Below, piece by piece: positions 50,144-58,966 of a stretch of 64,000 nt of DNA. A program made the position numbers and the translations under genes. The DNA comes from Methanolobus sp. GTDB lineage: Archaea > Halobacteriota > Methanosarcinia > Methanosarcinales > Methanosarcinaceae. The notes under the pieces were generated by a model. That model was not told the DNA's origin, made no database searches, and saw nothing but the letters and a program-made list of their open reading frames with translations. The DNA is taken from assembly GCA_021767785.1 (NCBI GenBank), contig JAASSR010000001.1:7745-71744 (forward strand), given 5' to 3'. Every line of letters starts with the position of its first letter. Positions within the stretch are counted from its first letter, which is position 1.

Positions 50144-51106
50144 ATTAAAGAAGAGATATGGATTGAAAAGTATAGGCCCTTTAAGCTTGATGATGTGGTC
50201 GGTCAGAATGAGACTGTAGAAAGGCTTAAATCGTACATTAAAACGAGAAACCTTCCACATCTTCTGTTCTCTGGTCCTCCAGGGGTTGGAAAAACAGCAA
50301 CAGCCGTCTCAATTGCCCGTGAGCTTTTTGGAGATTCATGGCGTGAGAATTTTACCGAACTCAATGCGTCCGATGAAAGGGGAATTGATGTTGTCAGGAC
50401 AAAGATCAAGAACTTTGCCAAAACAACACCTATCGGAGGGGCCGATTTCAAGATAATTTTTCTTGATGAAGCAGATGCTCTCACTTCAGATGCCCAGTCT
50501 GCTTTGAGACGTACCATGGAACGTTATACCAATAACTGTCGTTTCATTCTTTCATGTAATTATTCATCCAAGATCATCGAACCTATCCAGTCGAGATGTG
50601 CTGTTTACAGATTCCGTCCTCTTTCTGATGAGGCAGTGGCCGAACGTGTACTCTTTGTGGCAGAGAATGAGGGTCTGGATATCGCGGATGATGGTGTGGA
50701 TGCCATCAGATATGTTGCCCAGGGTGATATGAGAAAAGCTATTAATGCTCTTCAGGCTGCGGCTCTTATTGCAGATACGATCCACCAGGAAGCAATCTAT
50801 AAGATTACTGCAACAGCCCGTCCAGAGCAGATAAAAGAACTCATTGAAACAGCACTCGATGGTAACTTCACGGCATCCAGAAAACATCTTGACAGCATGC
50901 TGCTTGAGCAGGGTCTTTCCGGTGAAGATGTGGTGGGACAGATCTACCGGGCCATGTTCGATATTGAAATCCCTCAACGTAAAATGGTTGAGCTGATAGA
51001 TATTATTGGTGAGATCGATTTCAGGTTGACGGAGGGTGCCAATGAAAGAATACAACTGGAATCACTTCTGGCCCACTTTGCATTATCAGGTAAGGAATCC
51101 AATTGA
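50144..51106 (+). CDS. rfcS: Replication factor C small subunit
   Basis: EIWIEKYRP, Walker A GPPGVGKT, DEAD-like FLDEADALT, SRC motif QSRCAVYRF; start codon unresolved (TTG 50045 in the track, TTG 50108, or ATT 50144 preceded by GGAGGG). Confidence 0.85.
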   Translation: MKEEIWIEKYRPFKLDDVVGQNETVERLKSYIKTRNLPHLLFSGPPGVGKTATAVSIARELFGDSWRENFTELNASDERGIDVVRTKIKNFAKTTPIGGADFKIIFLDEADALTSDAQSALRRTMERYTNNCRFILSCNYSSKIIEPIQSRCAVYRFRPLSDEAVAERVLFVAENEGLDIADDGVDAIRYVAQGDMRKAINALQAAALIADTIHQEAIYKITATARPEQIKELIETALDGNFTASRKHLDSMLLEQGLSGEDVVGQIYRAMFDIEIPQRKMVELIDIIGEIDFRLTEGANERIQLESLLAHFALSGKESN

Positions 51107-51609
51107 GTTTTGAAGCATTCGTGCTTGATCTTCTTTCTTCTGTTCCTCACTGGCTTGCAACAATGATCATCGGAGCAATGCCGGTATTTGAGCTAAGAGG
51201 TGCTATCCCTATAGCACTGGGCATCTATGACATGCATCCTGTTGCTGCATACGTGTTTGCAGTAACAGGGAATATGCTTCCTGTTATTCCTCTACTTCTT
51301 TTCCTGGATCCTGTTTCAACATATCTCAGAAGATATTCCTTATTTGATATTTTTTTCTCATGGCTTTTCGGAAGAACTCATCGCAATCATTCTGAAAGGT
51401 TTGAAAAATACGGAACTTTTGCATTAACGCTGTTTGTTGCTATTCCACTGCCTGTTACGGGCGCGTGGACAGGTTGCGCTGCAGCATTTGTTTTCGGCAT
51501 AAAGTTCAGAAATGCATTGATTGCTATATTTGCCGGCGTATTGATAGCCGGGCTGGTGGTAAGTACTGTCACCCTGACGGGTATAAGTCTTATTGATCTG
51601 ATTATATGA
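51103..51609 (+). CDS. COG2426-like small membrane protein (putative small multidrug export family)
   Basis: 168 aa; GAMPVFELRGAIPIALG motif and four TMs; the TTG start overlaps the rfcS stop. Confidence 0.55.
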   Translation: MSFEAFVLDLLSSVPHWLATMIIGAMPVFELRGAIPIALGIYDMHPVAAYVFAVTGNMLPVIPLLLFLDPVSTYLRRYSLFDIFFSWLFGRTHRNHSERFEKYGTFALTLFVAIPLPVTGAWTGCAAAFVFGIKFRNALIAIFAGVLIAGLVVSTVTLTGISLIDLII

Positions 51610-51681
51610 TATTTCAGATATGTGCTCAACCATCAATGAAAACATGGAAGTCCACAGAGCTATAACTGATTGAATTAAAAG

Positions 51682-51708
51682 CAAAAAAACTGACCGATCA
51701 AGATCGGT
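51682..51708 (-). terminator. Hairpin plus T-run terminator after the histone gene
   Basis: On the minus strand ACCGATC-TT-GATCGGT is followed by TTTTTTT; it lies between convergent genes. Confidence 0.45.
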
Positions 51709-51709
51709 G

Positions 51710-51922
51710 TTATTTGTTCAACATCTCTTTTGCAAGGATGATATCTTCGGCTTTCACGGTCTTTCTGCCTGCATGTTCTGCAAGTCTGATAGCTTCCTTT
51801 GAAATCTCAAGTCCGTATTCTTCCAGGATCTCTGTCAGTGCCATGCCGGCTGATTCACTGACCCTTTGTGCTCCTGCATTCCTTATAACTCTTTCAATAG
51901 GTGCAAATGGTATTATTGTCAT
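51710..51922 (-). CDS. Archaeal histone (HMf family)
   Basis: MTIIPFAPIERVIRNAGAQRVSESAGMALTEILEEYGLEISKEAIRLAEHAGRKTVKAEDIILA is a single histone fold; the internal Met is used rather than the 86-aa ORF start. Confidence 0.85.
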   Translation of the reverse strand: MTIIPFAPIERVIRNAGAQRVSESAGMALTEILEEYGLEISKEAIRLAEHAGRKTVKAEDIILAKEMLNK

Positions 51923-52078
51923 AAATTCCCTCTTATATCTTCTTATATTCTTAATCAGATTGAATTTCAAATACTTATTAGCAAAATGCCCTATAAATAG
52001 TTTTTTAATAGGTTTCCAAGATGAAATTAATCTGATTTGCCATTTTAAGCATATATTGAAATTATTTTTCCTGCTTAA

Positions 52079-52519
52079 TCATGAATACTTCTTTTTCATG
52101 TGTATTGCCAGATCTTTACCAAGCCTTATACATTCTGCAAGATCTTTTTCATTTGGTATATATTGTATTCTCAGCACAGGATCAATGACCTCTACTCCGG
52201 CTTTTCTCAATCGCTCTGCAATCTGTACAGGTGCTTCTCCGCTCCATCCGTAAGAGCCAAACGCAGCTCCTGTCTTTCCTTCTATGCCTATGTCAATGAG
52301 CTCATCAAGGAATTTGGCGATAGGTTCAAGCATCGTATAATAAAATGTAGATGAACCAATGCAGATAGCATCATATTTAGCAACATCCGCAGGATCCCAT
52401 TCGTAGAAATTATCTATATCGACTTCTATATGCTTCTCGCGTGCACCTTTTGCAATGGCTTCTGCCATCATTTTTGTATTTCCCTGTGTACTCAGATATA
52501 CTATTGCAAGTTTTGTCAT
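52079..52519 (-). CDS. Flavodoxin-family protein
   Basis: 146 aa; LAIVYLSTQGNTKMMAE FMN phosphate-binding loop, GSSTFYY, GAAFGSYGWSGE. Confidence 0.75.
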   Translation of the reverse strand: MTKLAIVYLSTQGNTKMMAEAIAKGAREKHIEVDIDNFYEWDPADVAKYDAICIGSSTFYYTMLEPIAKFLDELIDIGIEGKTGAAFGSYGWSGEAPVQIAERLRKAGVEVIDPVLRIQYIPNEKDLAECIRLGKDLAIHMKKKYS

Positions 52520-52720
52520 TTTCCCGACTCCCTTTAATATAATTCCGGCAATTTCTGCTTCTGAAATCTTAAATGTCAGTATTTTTATATGATTTTTAAT
52601 TACTCATAAACATTTCTGGTTATTGCATAGCAGAAAACAATATAATTTTTCAGGTTATCTTTATTGCCGATCAGGAAATACAATAATCTGTTTCTAAGTT
52701 TCAAATTATGGAGAATCCCT

Positions 52721-54028
52721 ATGGACGAGAAAATTGCGCCACATATAGAAGAATTAACCATGGCGCTTGGTGATATTGGCAGGGATGAGATCAGCAGAGA
52801 GTTAAAAAAGCTCCTTGAATATCGTGTTCCTCTTAATGAAGCTAAAAGAATGCTTAAAAATAAATATGCTTCTTCATCTTCAAATTGCGTTAATGTCAAA
52901 GACCTTTCACCTGGATTGAACGGTATTGAAGTGACAGGTCGCATAATCAACATTGTTGAGAAGACCGTATCTGTTAAAGGAGAACAGAGGACCATTTTTT
53001 CAGGGACTCTGGGTGATGAAACCGGTATATGCTCTTTCACTTGCTGGGATGACATGTCATTAGAACCCGGTGCTGCAATAACAATTAAAAATGCTTATAC
53101 AAGACTCTGGAATAATCGTCCGGAGCTCTATTTCGGTAAAAGGTCTACGATAACTTACATTGATGAGAATATTCTCCCGGACATTGAAGAGATGTCACAT
53201 TCCAATCTGAAAAAACTGGAAGATATAGTTCCTGCTGATGTACTTGCCAGTTCAGTTGCATTAATAGTTGAAATGTATCATCGTGATATCATGTTAAAAG
53301 GCCAGGAGGTAACTGTTGTGGAAGGTGTACTTGCAGACGAGACTGCAAAGCTTCCTTTTACTTCATGGGTCTCAATTGGGAATATTGATATCGGTGATTA
53401 TATCCGTTTTGAAGGAGCATCTGTCAGGATATTCAGGGGAGTACCTTCTATTAATTTCACAGAGGCAACTTCCATCAAAAAAATTGATCAGACAGGTTAT
53501 ATCCCCTTTACAATGGAATCTGTTAGCAGAGTTACTGCTCCTTTGCCAATTGAAAAGGTCCTTGAAAAAGAAGGTATGTTCGATGTAACTGTCAGCGGAA
53601 ATCTCATTTCTATAAGGTCCGGCTCAGGCCTGATCGAAAGATGTCCTCTTTGTAATCGTGTTACTCAAAAATCGACGTGCCGTTCCCACGGGGAAGTTGA
53701 ATGTCTGACAGACATGCGCATCAAAGCCATCATGGATGATGGCACCGGTGCTGTTCACCTGATGCTCAATCGTGAACTTTCTGAAGCAGTCTATGGTAAA
53801 AATATGTATGATGCCGAAAAGATGTCCAGAAATTCGATGTCAGGCGATATTGTGTTCGAGGATATGAAAAAGGTTCTTACGGGTAGATTCTTTGTGGCAC
53901 GGGGCAATTCTTCGAAAAATGAGTTCGGTGTTTCGCTGGTGGCAAAATCTGTATGGACCCCTGAGGAGGACCTTGGTGAACGGATAGACAGACTTCTTGA
54001 ACAAATTGATCAGGGATGTGATAACTGA
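52721..54028 (+). CDS. Replication protein A (OB folds plus zinc finger)
   Basis: Repeated OB-fold segments and CPLCNRVTQKSTCRSHG zinc knuckle; Met at 52721 (MDEKIAPHIEEL) preferred over the track start at 52664. Confidence 0.8.
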   Translation: MDEKIAPHIEELTMALGDIGRDEISRELKKLLEYRVPLNEAKRMLKNKYASSSSNCVNVKDLSPGLNGIEVTGRIINIVEKTVSVKGEQRTIFSGTLGDETGICSFTCWDDMSLEPGAAITIKNAYTRLWNNRPELYFGKRSTITYIDENILPDIEEMSHSNLKKLEDIVPADVLASSVALIVEMYHRDIMLKGQEVTVVEGVLADETAKLPFTSWVSIGNIDIGDYIRFEGASVRIFRGVPSINFTEATSIKKIDQTGYIPFTMESVSRVTAPLPIEKVLEKEGMFDVTVSGNLISIRSGSGLIERCPLCNRVTQKSTCRSHGEVECLTDMRIKAIMDDGTGAVHLMLNRELSEAVYGKNMYDAEKMSRNSMSGDIVFEDMKKVLTGRFFVARGNSSKNEFGVSLVAKSVWTPEEDLGERIDRLLEQIDQGCDN

Positions 54029-54900
54029 TGGTTGAAAGGGAAGTTGCATACAGGATGTTTGCAAAGGAATTCAATGACTCCCGTTTTCAGTTGTATTCTA
54101 ATTCTTCTTCAACTGAACAGGATGTCTATTCTCCGAATTTCCTTGTTACTCCCACAGGTTTGAAGGTCAACAGGGTCTTTGTAGTGGGTGTTGTAACAGA
54201 GGTGGATAGGTTATCTGAACAAAAGGGTAATGAAAAAGAACTCTGGAGAGCACGTATAGCGGATCCTACAGGAGCTTTTACTGTCTATGCTGGAAGTTAT
54301 CAGCCTGAAGCATCGGTCTTTATTTCAACCATAAAGGTACCTTCATTTGTAATGGTGCTTGGCAAAGTACGTTCCTATGAACCTGGGGACGGTTCAGTCT
54401 ATGTTTCCCTGAGACCGGAGGAGATTAACTATGTAGAGGAGTCTTTACGTGACAGATGGGTGGTGGATACTGCTGAAAAAACCCTTGAACGGCTGAAAGC
54501 CTTTGAAAAACTCTTTTCATCAGATAAAGAAAACGGCAAACTTATGGAAAGTCTAATGAATTATGGTATTTCTGAGTCCTTTGCAAGCGGAATGTGCCTG
54601 TCAATAGATTATTATCATAAAGATAAGGCCTATTACGATTCCTTACTTGCCGAAGTTAAAAAAGCTCTTTGTTCTATCAGGGAAGCTCAGGTGAATGATG
54701 AAGGTCCTGACTATGAACAAATGGTGGAGTCGTTACTGGAAAACATTGATGATGGAAGTGGCTTTGATCATTCGACTTACATACAGAAAGCTTTTTCTGA
54801 GAATATACCTGAACATGTCGCTGAGTCCGTATTAAAGTCTCTTCTGTCCAGGGGTCATATATATGAACCCAAAGCAGGCCTTTTTAAGTTGGTACACTGA
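54028..54900 (+). CDS. RPA-associated OB-fold protein (COG3390-like, Rpap)
   Basis: REVAYRMFAKEFNDS...PNFLVTPTGLKVNRVFVVGVVTEV; start overlaps the rpa stop; paralog at 62249..62818. Confidence 0.65.
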   Translation: MVEREVAYRMFAKEFNDSRFQLYSNSSSTEQDVYSPNFLVTPTGLKVNRVFVVGVVTEVDRLSEQKGNEKELWRARIADPTGAFTVYAGSYQPEASVFISTIKVPSFVMVLGKVRSYEPGDGSVYVSLRPEEINYVEESLRDRWVVDTAEKTLERLKAFEKLFSSDKENGKLMESLMNYGISESFASGMCLSIDYYHKDKAYYDSLLAEVKKALCSIREAQVNDEGPDYEQMVESLLENIDDGSGFDHSTYIQKAFSENIPEHVAESVLKSLLSRGHIYEPKAGLFKLVH

Positions 54901-55017
54901 TTATCTTTACTTCAGGACTTTTCTGTTTCATTGCGATATGCTTAAATATGCATGAATATTACTCCTGAAGTGATATTCAAGTATCAATTTATCTATATTA
55001 TCAAAGAAGGGGTATCT

Positions 55018-55608
55018 ATGGAACATGATGAAATAATCGATAATGTAAAAAACAGTATAATGAATATGAAGGGTGTAGGAAACACGCTTTTGCTAAATGA
55101 AGAGGACAGGGAGATCATCAGAGAACTTGAAAAAAAAGCTGATGAGATGACCCTTATGGGGCTTGGGAGGGGAGATAATAAAGGTGTCAAGACAGTCCTT
55201 AAAAACGATGTGATATTCGCTTTTACTACAAACATGGATTTTTGCTGGCCTGAGGGTCCTAATGTCATCCTTATGCACGATGGTTGTGTTGTAGGTCAGG
55301 ATGTTGACGATGAAGAAAAGCTTGAGGAAATAAAATCCTGTAAGGATAAACTTGTAATAGGTAACATTGTGATCTATGATACCAATGTCCTCAAGAAAAT
55401 GGATTCGAAGAACAATCCTCTGATAGTTGTATTACCACCGAAATCCTGTGAAGATGTAGAATGTGTGGAGAAGGTATGCAATGTAGTTCTCGCCTCCCCG
55501 TCTCCTCCCAGTGATGAATACCTCAAAGAGAAAATGGGTCTTGAAAACCTCCATGGCACTGGAACTTTCCTTCTTGGATTCGATTTTGACTGTTCCTGTG
55601 AAGAATGA
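55018..55608 (+). CDS. Hypothetical acidic Cys-containing protein
   Basis: GAAGGGG 7 nt upstream of ATG 55018; I recognise no family; C-terminal CEDVECVEKVC and FDFDCSCEE. Confidence 0.35.
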   Translation: MEHDEIIDNVKNSIMNMKGVGNTLLLNEEDREIIRELEKKADEMTLMGLGRGDNKGVKTVLKNDVIFAFTTNMDFCWPEGPNVILMHDGCVVGQDVDDEEKLEEIKSCKDKLVIGNIVIYDTNVLKKMDSKNNPLIVVLPPKSCEDVECVEKVCNVVLASPSPPSDEYLKEKMGLENLHGTGTFLLGFDFDCSCEE

Positions 55609-55784
55609 CTGAAAGGTAATTGAAAGGTACCTTTAAACAGGCACCTGTAAATCATTTTTTTGCAGATCAATCTAAGTTCTGATTTATCTGATGCATGTAT
55701 TATTGCATTTATTGTTGCAGCTGGAACTACTAAGAACTAAAAAAAAGATAGCATGGTCATGGCCATGCATGATAATTCAAAGTT

Positions 55785-56708
55785 TTATTCGCCCTTGTAG
55801 ATTTTAAGTGCCTCTTCAACCGATGCATTCTCGATAGTGATAGCATAGATCGCGTTGCTCATCCTTACAGCTTCTTCAAGTGGTTTCTGGTGTATGTTCC
55901 TTCCGGTTGCATTACCATGGGCACCACTGACATGTATCTGGGCGTATAGCTTATCAAGGAAAACCTTTGGATCATCGCTGGAACCGCCGGCACAGACCAC
56001 CTTCGTTCTTCCTGCGGCAAGCACCGCCTCCTTGAATGCTTCTTCTGTTCTCATATTCTCACTTTTCGGATAGTTCACCTTAACAAAGTCAGCATTCAGA
56101 CATGCCCCGACACCTGTTGCTCCAGCTATAAGGTGTGGATCTTTTTCATTGGCCACTGCTTCTCCTCGGGGGTATATCCAGAGCACTGTCATCATTCCAT
56201 ACTGGTGTGCTTCATAGATAAGCTGAGCTGCCTGATTAAGCATTTCAGCTTCGTACTCGCTTCCGAGGTATATGGTATATCCGATTCCAAGGATTTTCAG
56301 ACCACTGTTATCACGGAATTGTGCCACCTGTTTTATATCATACCACTGATTGCTGAAAGGATCATCCTGCTTTGTTTTAACCATGTTTGATTTGGAATTT
56401 ATCTTTACAAGATACGGTACATCAGGATAATCCATTCCATATCTGGCAATAAGGCCCATCTGTGTGGCAAAAACACCTATATTTGAACCCGCTGCTATCC
56501 TGAAAAGGTGTTCAGGTTCATTATCATCTGCCGGGATACCTTCTCCGAAAAAATCATCATTCAGGTGTTCTACTTTCTGGTCACCTGCAAAAAGCATCAA
56601 TCTGCCAGTGTTGCGGGTAATTTCCAGATAGTTCTTGATGTATGTCTTATGTGCTTCTTTTGGCACATCCAACGGTACTTTTATATCTTCTTCTTTTATC
56701 AAGGTCAT
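55785..56708 (-). CDS. Class I aldolase family protein (DhnA/FbaB-type fructose-bisphosphate aldolase-like)
   Basis: 307 aa; LMLFAGDQKVEH and ADFVKVNYP (candidate Schiff-base Lys) resemble DeoC/FbaB-type aldolases. Confidence 0.55.
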   Translation of the reverse strand: MTLIKEEDIKVPLDVPKEAHKTYIKNYLEITRNTGRLMLFAGDQKVEHLNDDFFGEGIPADDNEPEHLFRIAAGSNIGVFATQMGLIARYGMDYPDVPYLVKINSKSNMVKTKQDDPFSNQWYDIKQVAQFRDNSGLKILGIGYTIYLGSEYEAEMLNQAAQLIYEAHQYGMMTVLWIYPRGEAVANEKDPHLIAGATGVGACLNADFVKVNYPKSENMRTEEAFKEAVLAAGRTKVVCAGGSSDDPKVFLDKLYAQIHVSGAHGNATGRNIHQKPLEEAVRMSNAIYAITIENASVEEALKIYKGE

Positions 56709-57060
56709 TCAGATCACTCAGAGCTAATATATTGTTCTGTAGGTTTTCGTTCTCTACTACCCTTAATCATGTTTTTCTATTTTAATTGTTGTGTATGTGT
56801 GATTAGTATAAGATTTTTGATTTAAAACCCCTATTCTTATTTAAAAAGCAATTTTTTGAATAATTGCTCATATCTTATTTTAGACATAGTATTCTTCTTA
56901 CTTTCCCGAGATATAAACTATTTCAACGATTATTCTTTTTAAAAATCACTCCATATGTTGTTTTAATAATGGATTAGAGTTTTATATCTATAGTTATATC
57001 AGGTAACTGGAAAACAGATTACCATTTATTGTCAATGTTGAATAGTTATTTTATGCATTC

Positions 57061-58908
57061 TTGGAGCAGGACATGGATTCAATATATTTTTTAGAAGTTA
57101 TAGTCTCTGTGCTTTTTATGAGCATGCTTGCTCAGGCACTTAGCAAACGTTTCCAGGTTCCTGTTATTATATTTCTTTTAATCGAAGGAGTGCTTATAGG
57201 TCCTGAAGTATTGAATTTTATAGACCCTGCCACATTTGGTGATGGATTAACTGCTATTGTCTCTCTTTCAGTGGCTGTTATTGTTTTTGACGGGGGGTTG
57301 CATATTGACATAAAAAGTATTCGGCCAATAAGGAAGGATGCTTTGAAGTTAACTACTATTGGTGTTCTTATCACTTTTTTAAGTGCAACTCTTATAACTT
57401 ATCTGTTTCTTGATGTGAGTATTAAAATTGCAGCACTCTTTGGTGCTCTTGTAGCCGCCACTGGACCCACTGTGATAACTCCTCTTGTAAGGAACATCCA
57501 TGTAAACCACAAAGTTGGTAAGATACTTGAGATTGAAGGTGTTTTCAATGATGCAGCAAGTGTTATTATTGCAGCATTTGCGTTTGAATGGATTGTCTCT
57601 CAATTATATGGATTTGATGCATTTTTGTTTATTCTTCAGAGGCTGATCATAGGCAGTATAGTAGGCTTTATAAGTGGATATGTTCTGAAAAGTTTCCTTT
57701 CGAGTGGTTCTTTGGTAACAGATCAAACAGCAAGATTTTTCACTTTAACATTGGTCATGTCTACTTATGTAGTATCTGAACTATTGGGTAATGAATCAGG
57801 AATACTTGCAGCTGCGGTATTTGGTATTGTTACCGGTACATCTAATATTCCTCACAAACAGGTTCTAAAGGAGTTCAAATCCGATCTTGTTATGATGATG
57901 CTATCACTTATTTTCATACTTCTTGCAGCAATGCTTAAATTCGAGGACATCGTCGCTATTTGGCCCAAGGGTGTTATAGTTGTTTTACTGTTGATATTTT
58001 TAGTAAGACCAATGGCAGTTTTCGTATCGACAGTAAATTCACATCTTAAAACAAAAGAAAAATTGTTCATTTCTTTTATAGGTCCCAGAGGAGTTGTTCC
58101 AGCTTCTATTGCAACATATTTTGCTGTGAAGCTAGAGGCTCTTAATATATTTGGTGGGCAAATGCTTGTGGGACTTGTGTTCTTGACTGTAATTATAACT
58201 GTTATAATGACCGGTACTTTAGCAAGAAGAATAGCTAATCTTTTAGGAGTGATACCTATGGAAATTCTTATTATAGGAGGTGGAGAGGTTGGGAAGATCC
58301 TGGCCGAAAGGTTTGAAAAGCGAGGGGAGAATGTCGTTGTAGTTGATAATTCTGAAGAGAGGTGCCAACGACTTTTGAAACAAGGTATACGTGTGGTTCA
58401 TGGTGATGCAGAGGATATCAATGTACTCAAAGATGCAGGAATAGAGAAAGCAAAATATGTAGTTGCAACTACAGATAAGGACAACACGAACCTCTTGGTG
58501 TCTCAAATAGCAAAAAGCAAATTCAATCTGAACGAAGAACAGATAGTTGCAAGAGTAAACAGTGTAGAGAACTTACATGCATTCTGGGATTTGTCCATCC
58601 GTTCTATGAGTCCTCAAATGACAACAGCTCTGGTATTGGATAATATGGTTGGAAAACCTTCTATGTTCTCTATGTGCGAGGTAGGGGATGAAGGAGAGAT
58701 TCTTGAAGTAAGGGTAACAAACCCTGATATAGCTGGCAAAGCTATAAAAGATTTATCTCTTCCTGAAAACAGTCTTTTACTGATGATTCGGAGAGGTGAA
58801 AAGTCCTTTATTGCCAACGGTAATCTTGTCCTTGAATATGATGATCTTGTGACTGTAATAGGGGAAGGAGATTCAGCAAGGGAAATTGCTGATATTCTTA
58901 ACAGATAA
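57061..58908 (+). CDS. CPA1 Na+(K+)/H+ antiporter fused to TrkA-N/TrkA-C (RCK) domains
   Basis: About 390 aa of polytopic exchanger followed by IIGGGEVGKILAERF Rossmann motif and a C-terminal TrkA-C-like domain; TTG 57061 or ATG 57073. Confidence 0.8.
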   Translation: MEQDMDSIYFLEVIVSVLFMSMLAQALSKRFQVPVIIFLLIEGVLIGPEVLNFIDPATFGDGLTAIVSLSVAVIVFDGGLHIDIKSIRPIRKDALKLTTIGVLITFLSATLITYLFLDVSIKIAALFGALVAATGPTVITPLVRNIHVNHKVGKILEIEGVFNDAASVIIAAFAFEWIVSQLYGFDAFLFILQRLIIGSIVGFISGYVLKSFLSSGSLVTDQTARFFTLTLVMSTYVVSELLGNESGILAAAVFGIVTGTSNIPHKQVLKEFKSDLVMMMLSLIFILLAAMLKFEDIVAIWPKGVIVVLLLIFLVRPMAVFVSTVNSHLKTKEKLFISFIGPRGVVPASIATYFAVKLEALNIFGGQMLVGLVFLTVIITVIMTGTLARRIANLLGVIPMEILIIGGGEVGKILAERFEKRGENVVVVDNSEERCQRLLKQGIRVVHGDAEDINVLKDAGIEKAKYVVATTDKDNTNLLVSQIAKSKFNLNEEQIVARVNSVENLHAFWDLSIRSMSPQMTTALVLDNMVGKPSMFSMCEVGDEGEILEVRVTNPDIAGKAIKDLSLPENSLLLMIRRGEKSFIANGNLVLEYDDLVTVIGEGDSAREIADILNR

Positions 58909-58966
58909 ACATTATTTATATGTTGGAAACCAACAACTATTATATTTTCAATTATAGGGTATATTA

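Noticed and set aside
51714-52253. A 179-aa plus-strand ORF spanning the histone and flavodoxin loci
   Set aside because: It is antisense to two well-supported genes and crosses their intergenic promoter region, and its translation is low-complexity.
52600-53055. A 151-aa minus-strand ORF overlapping the start of the first rpa gene
   Set aside because: It is antisense to the RPA OB-fold region and has no motifs. The plus-strand gene is clearly real.
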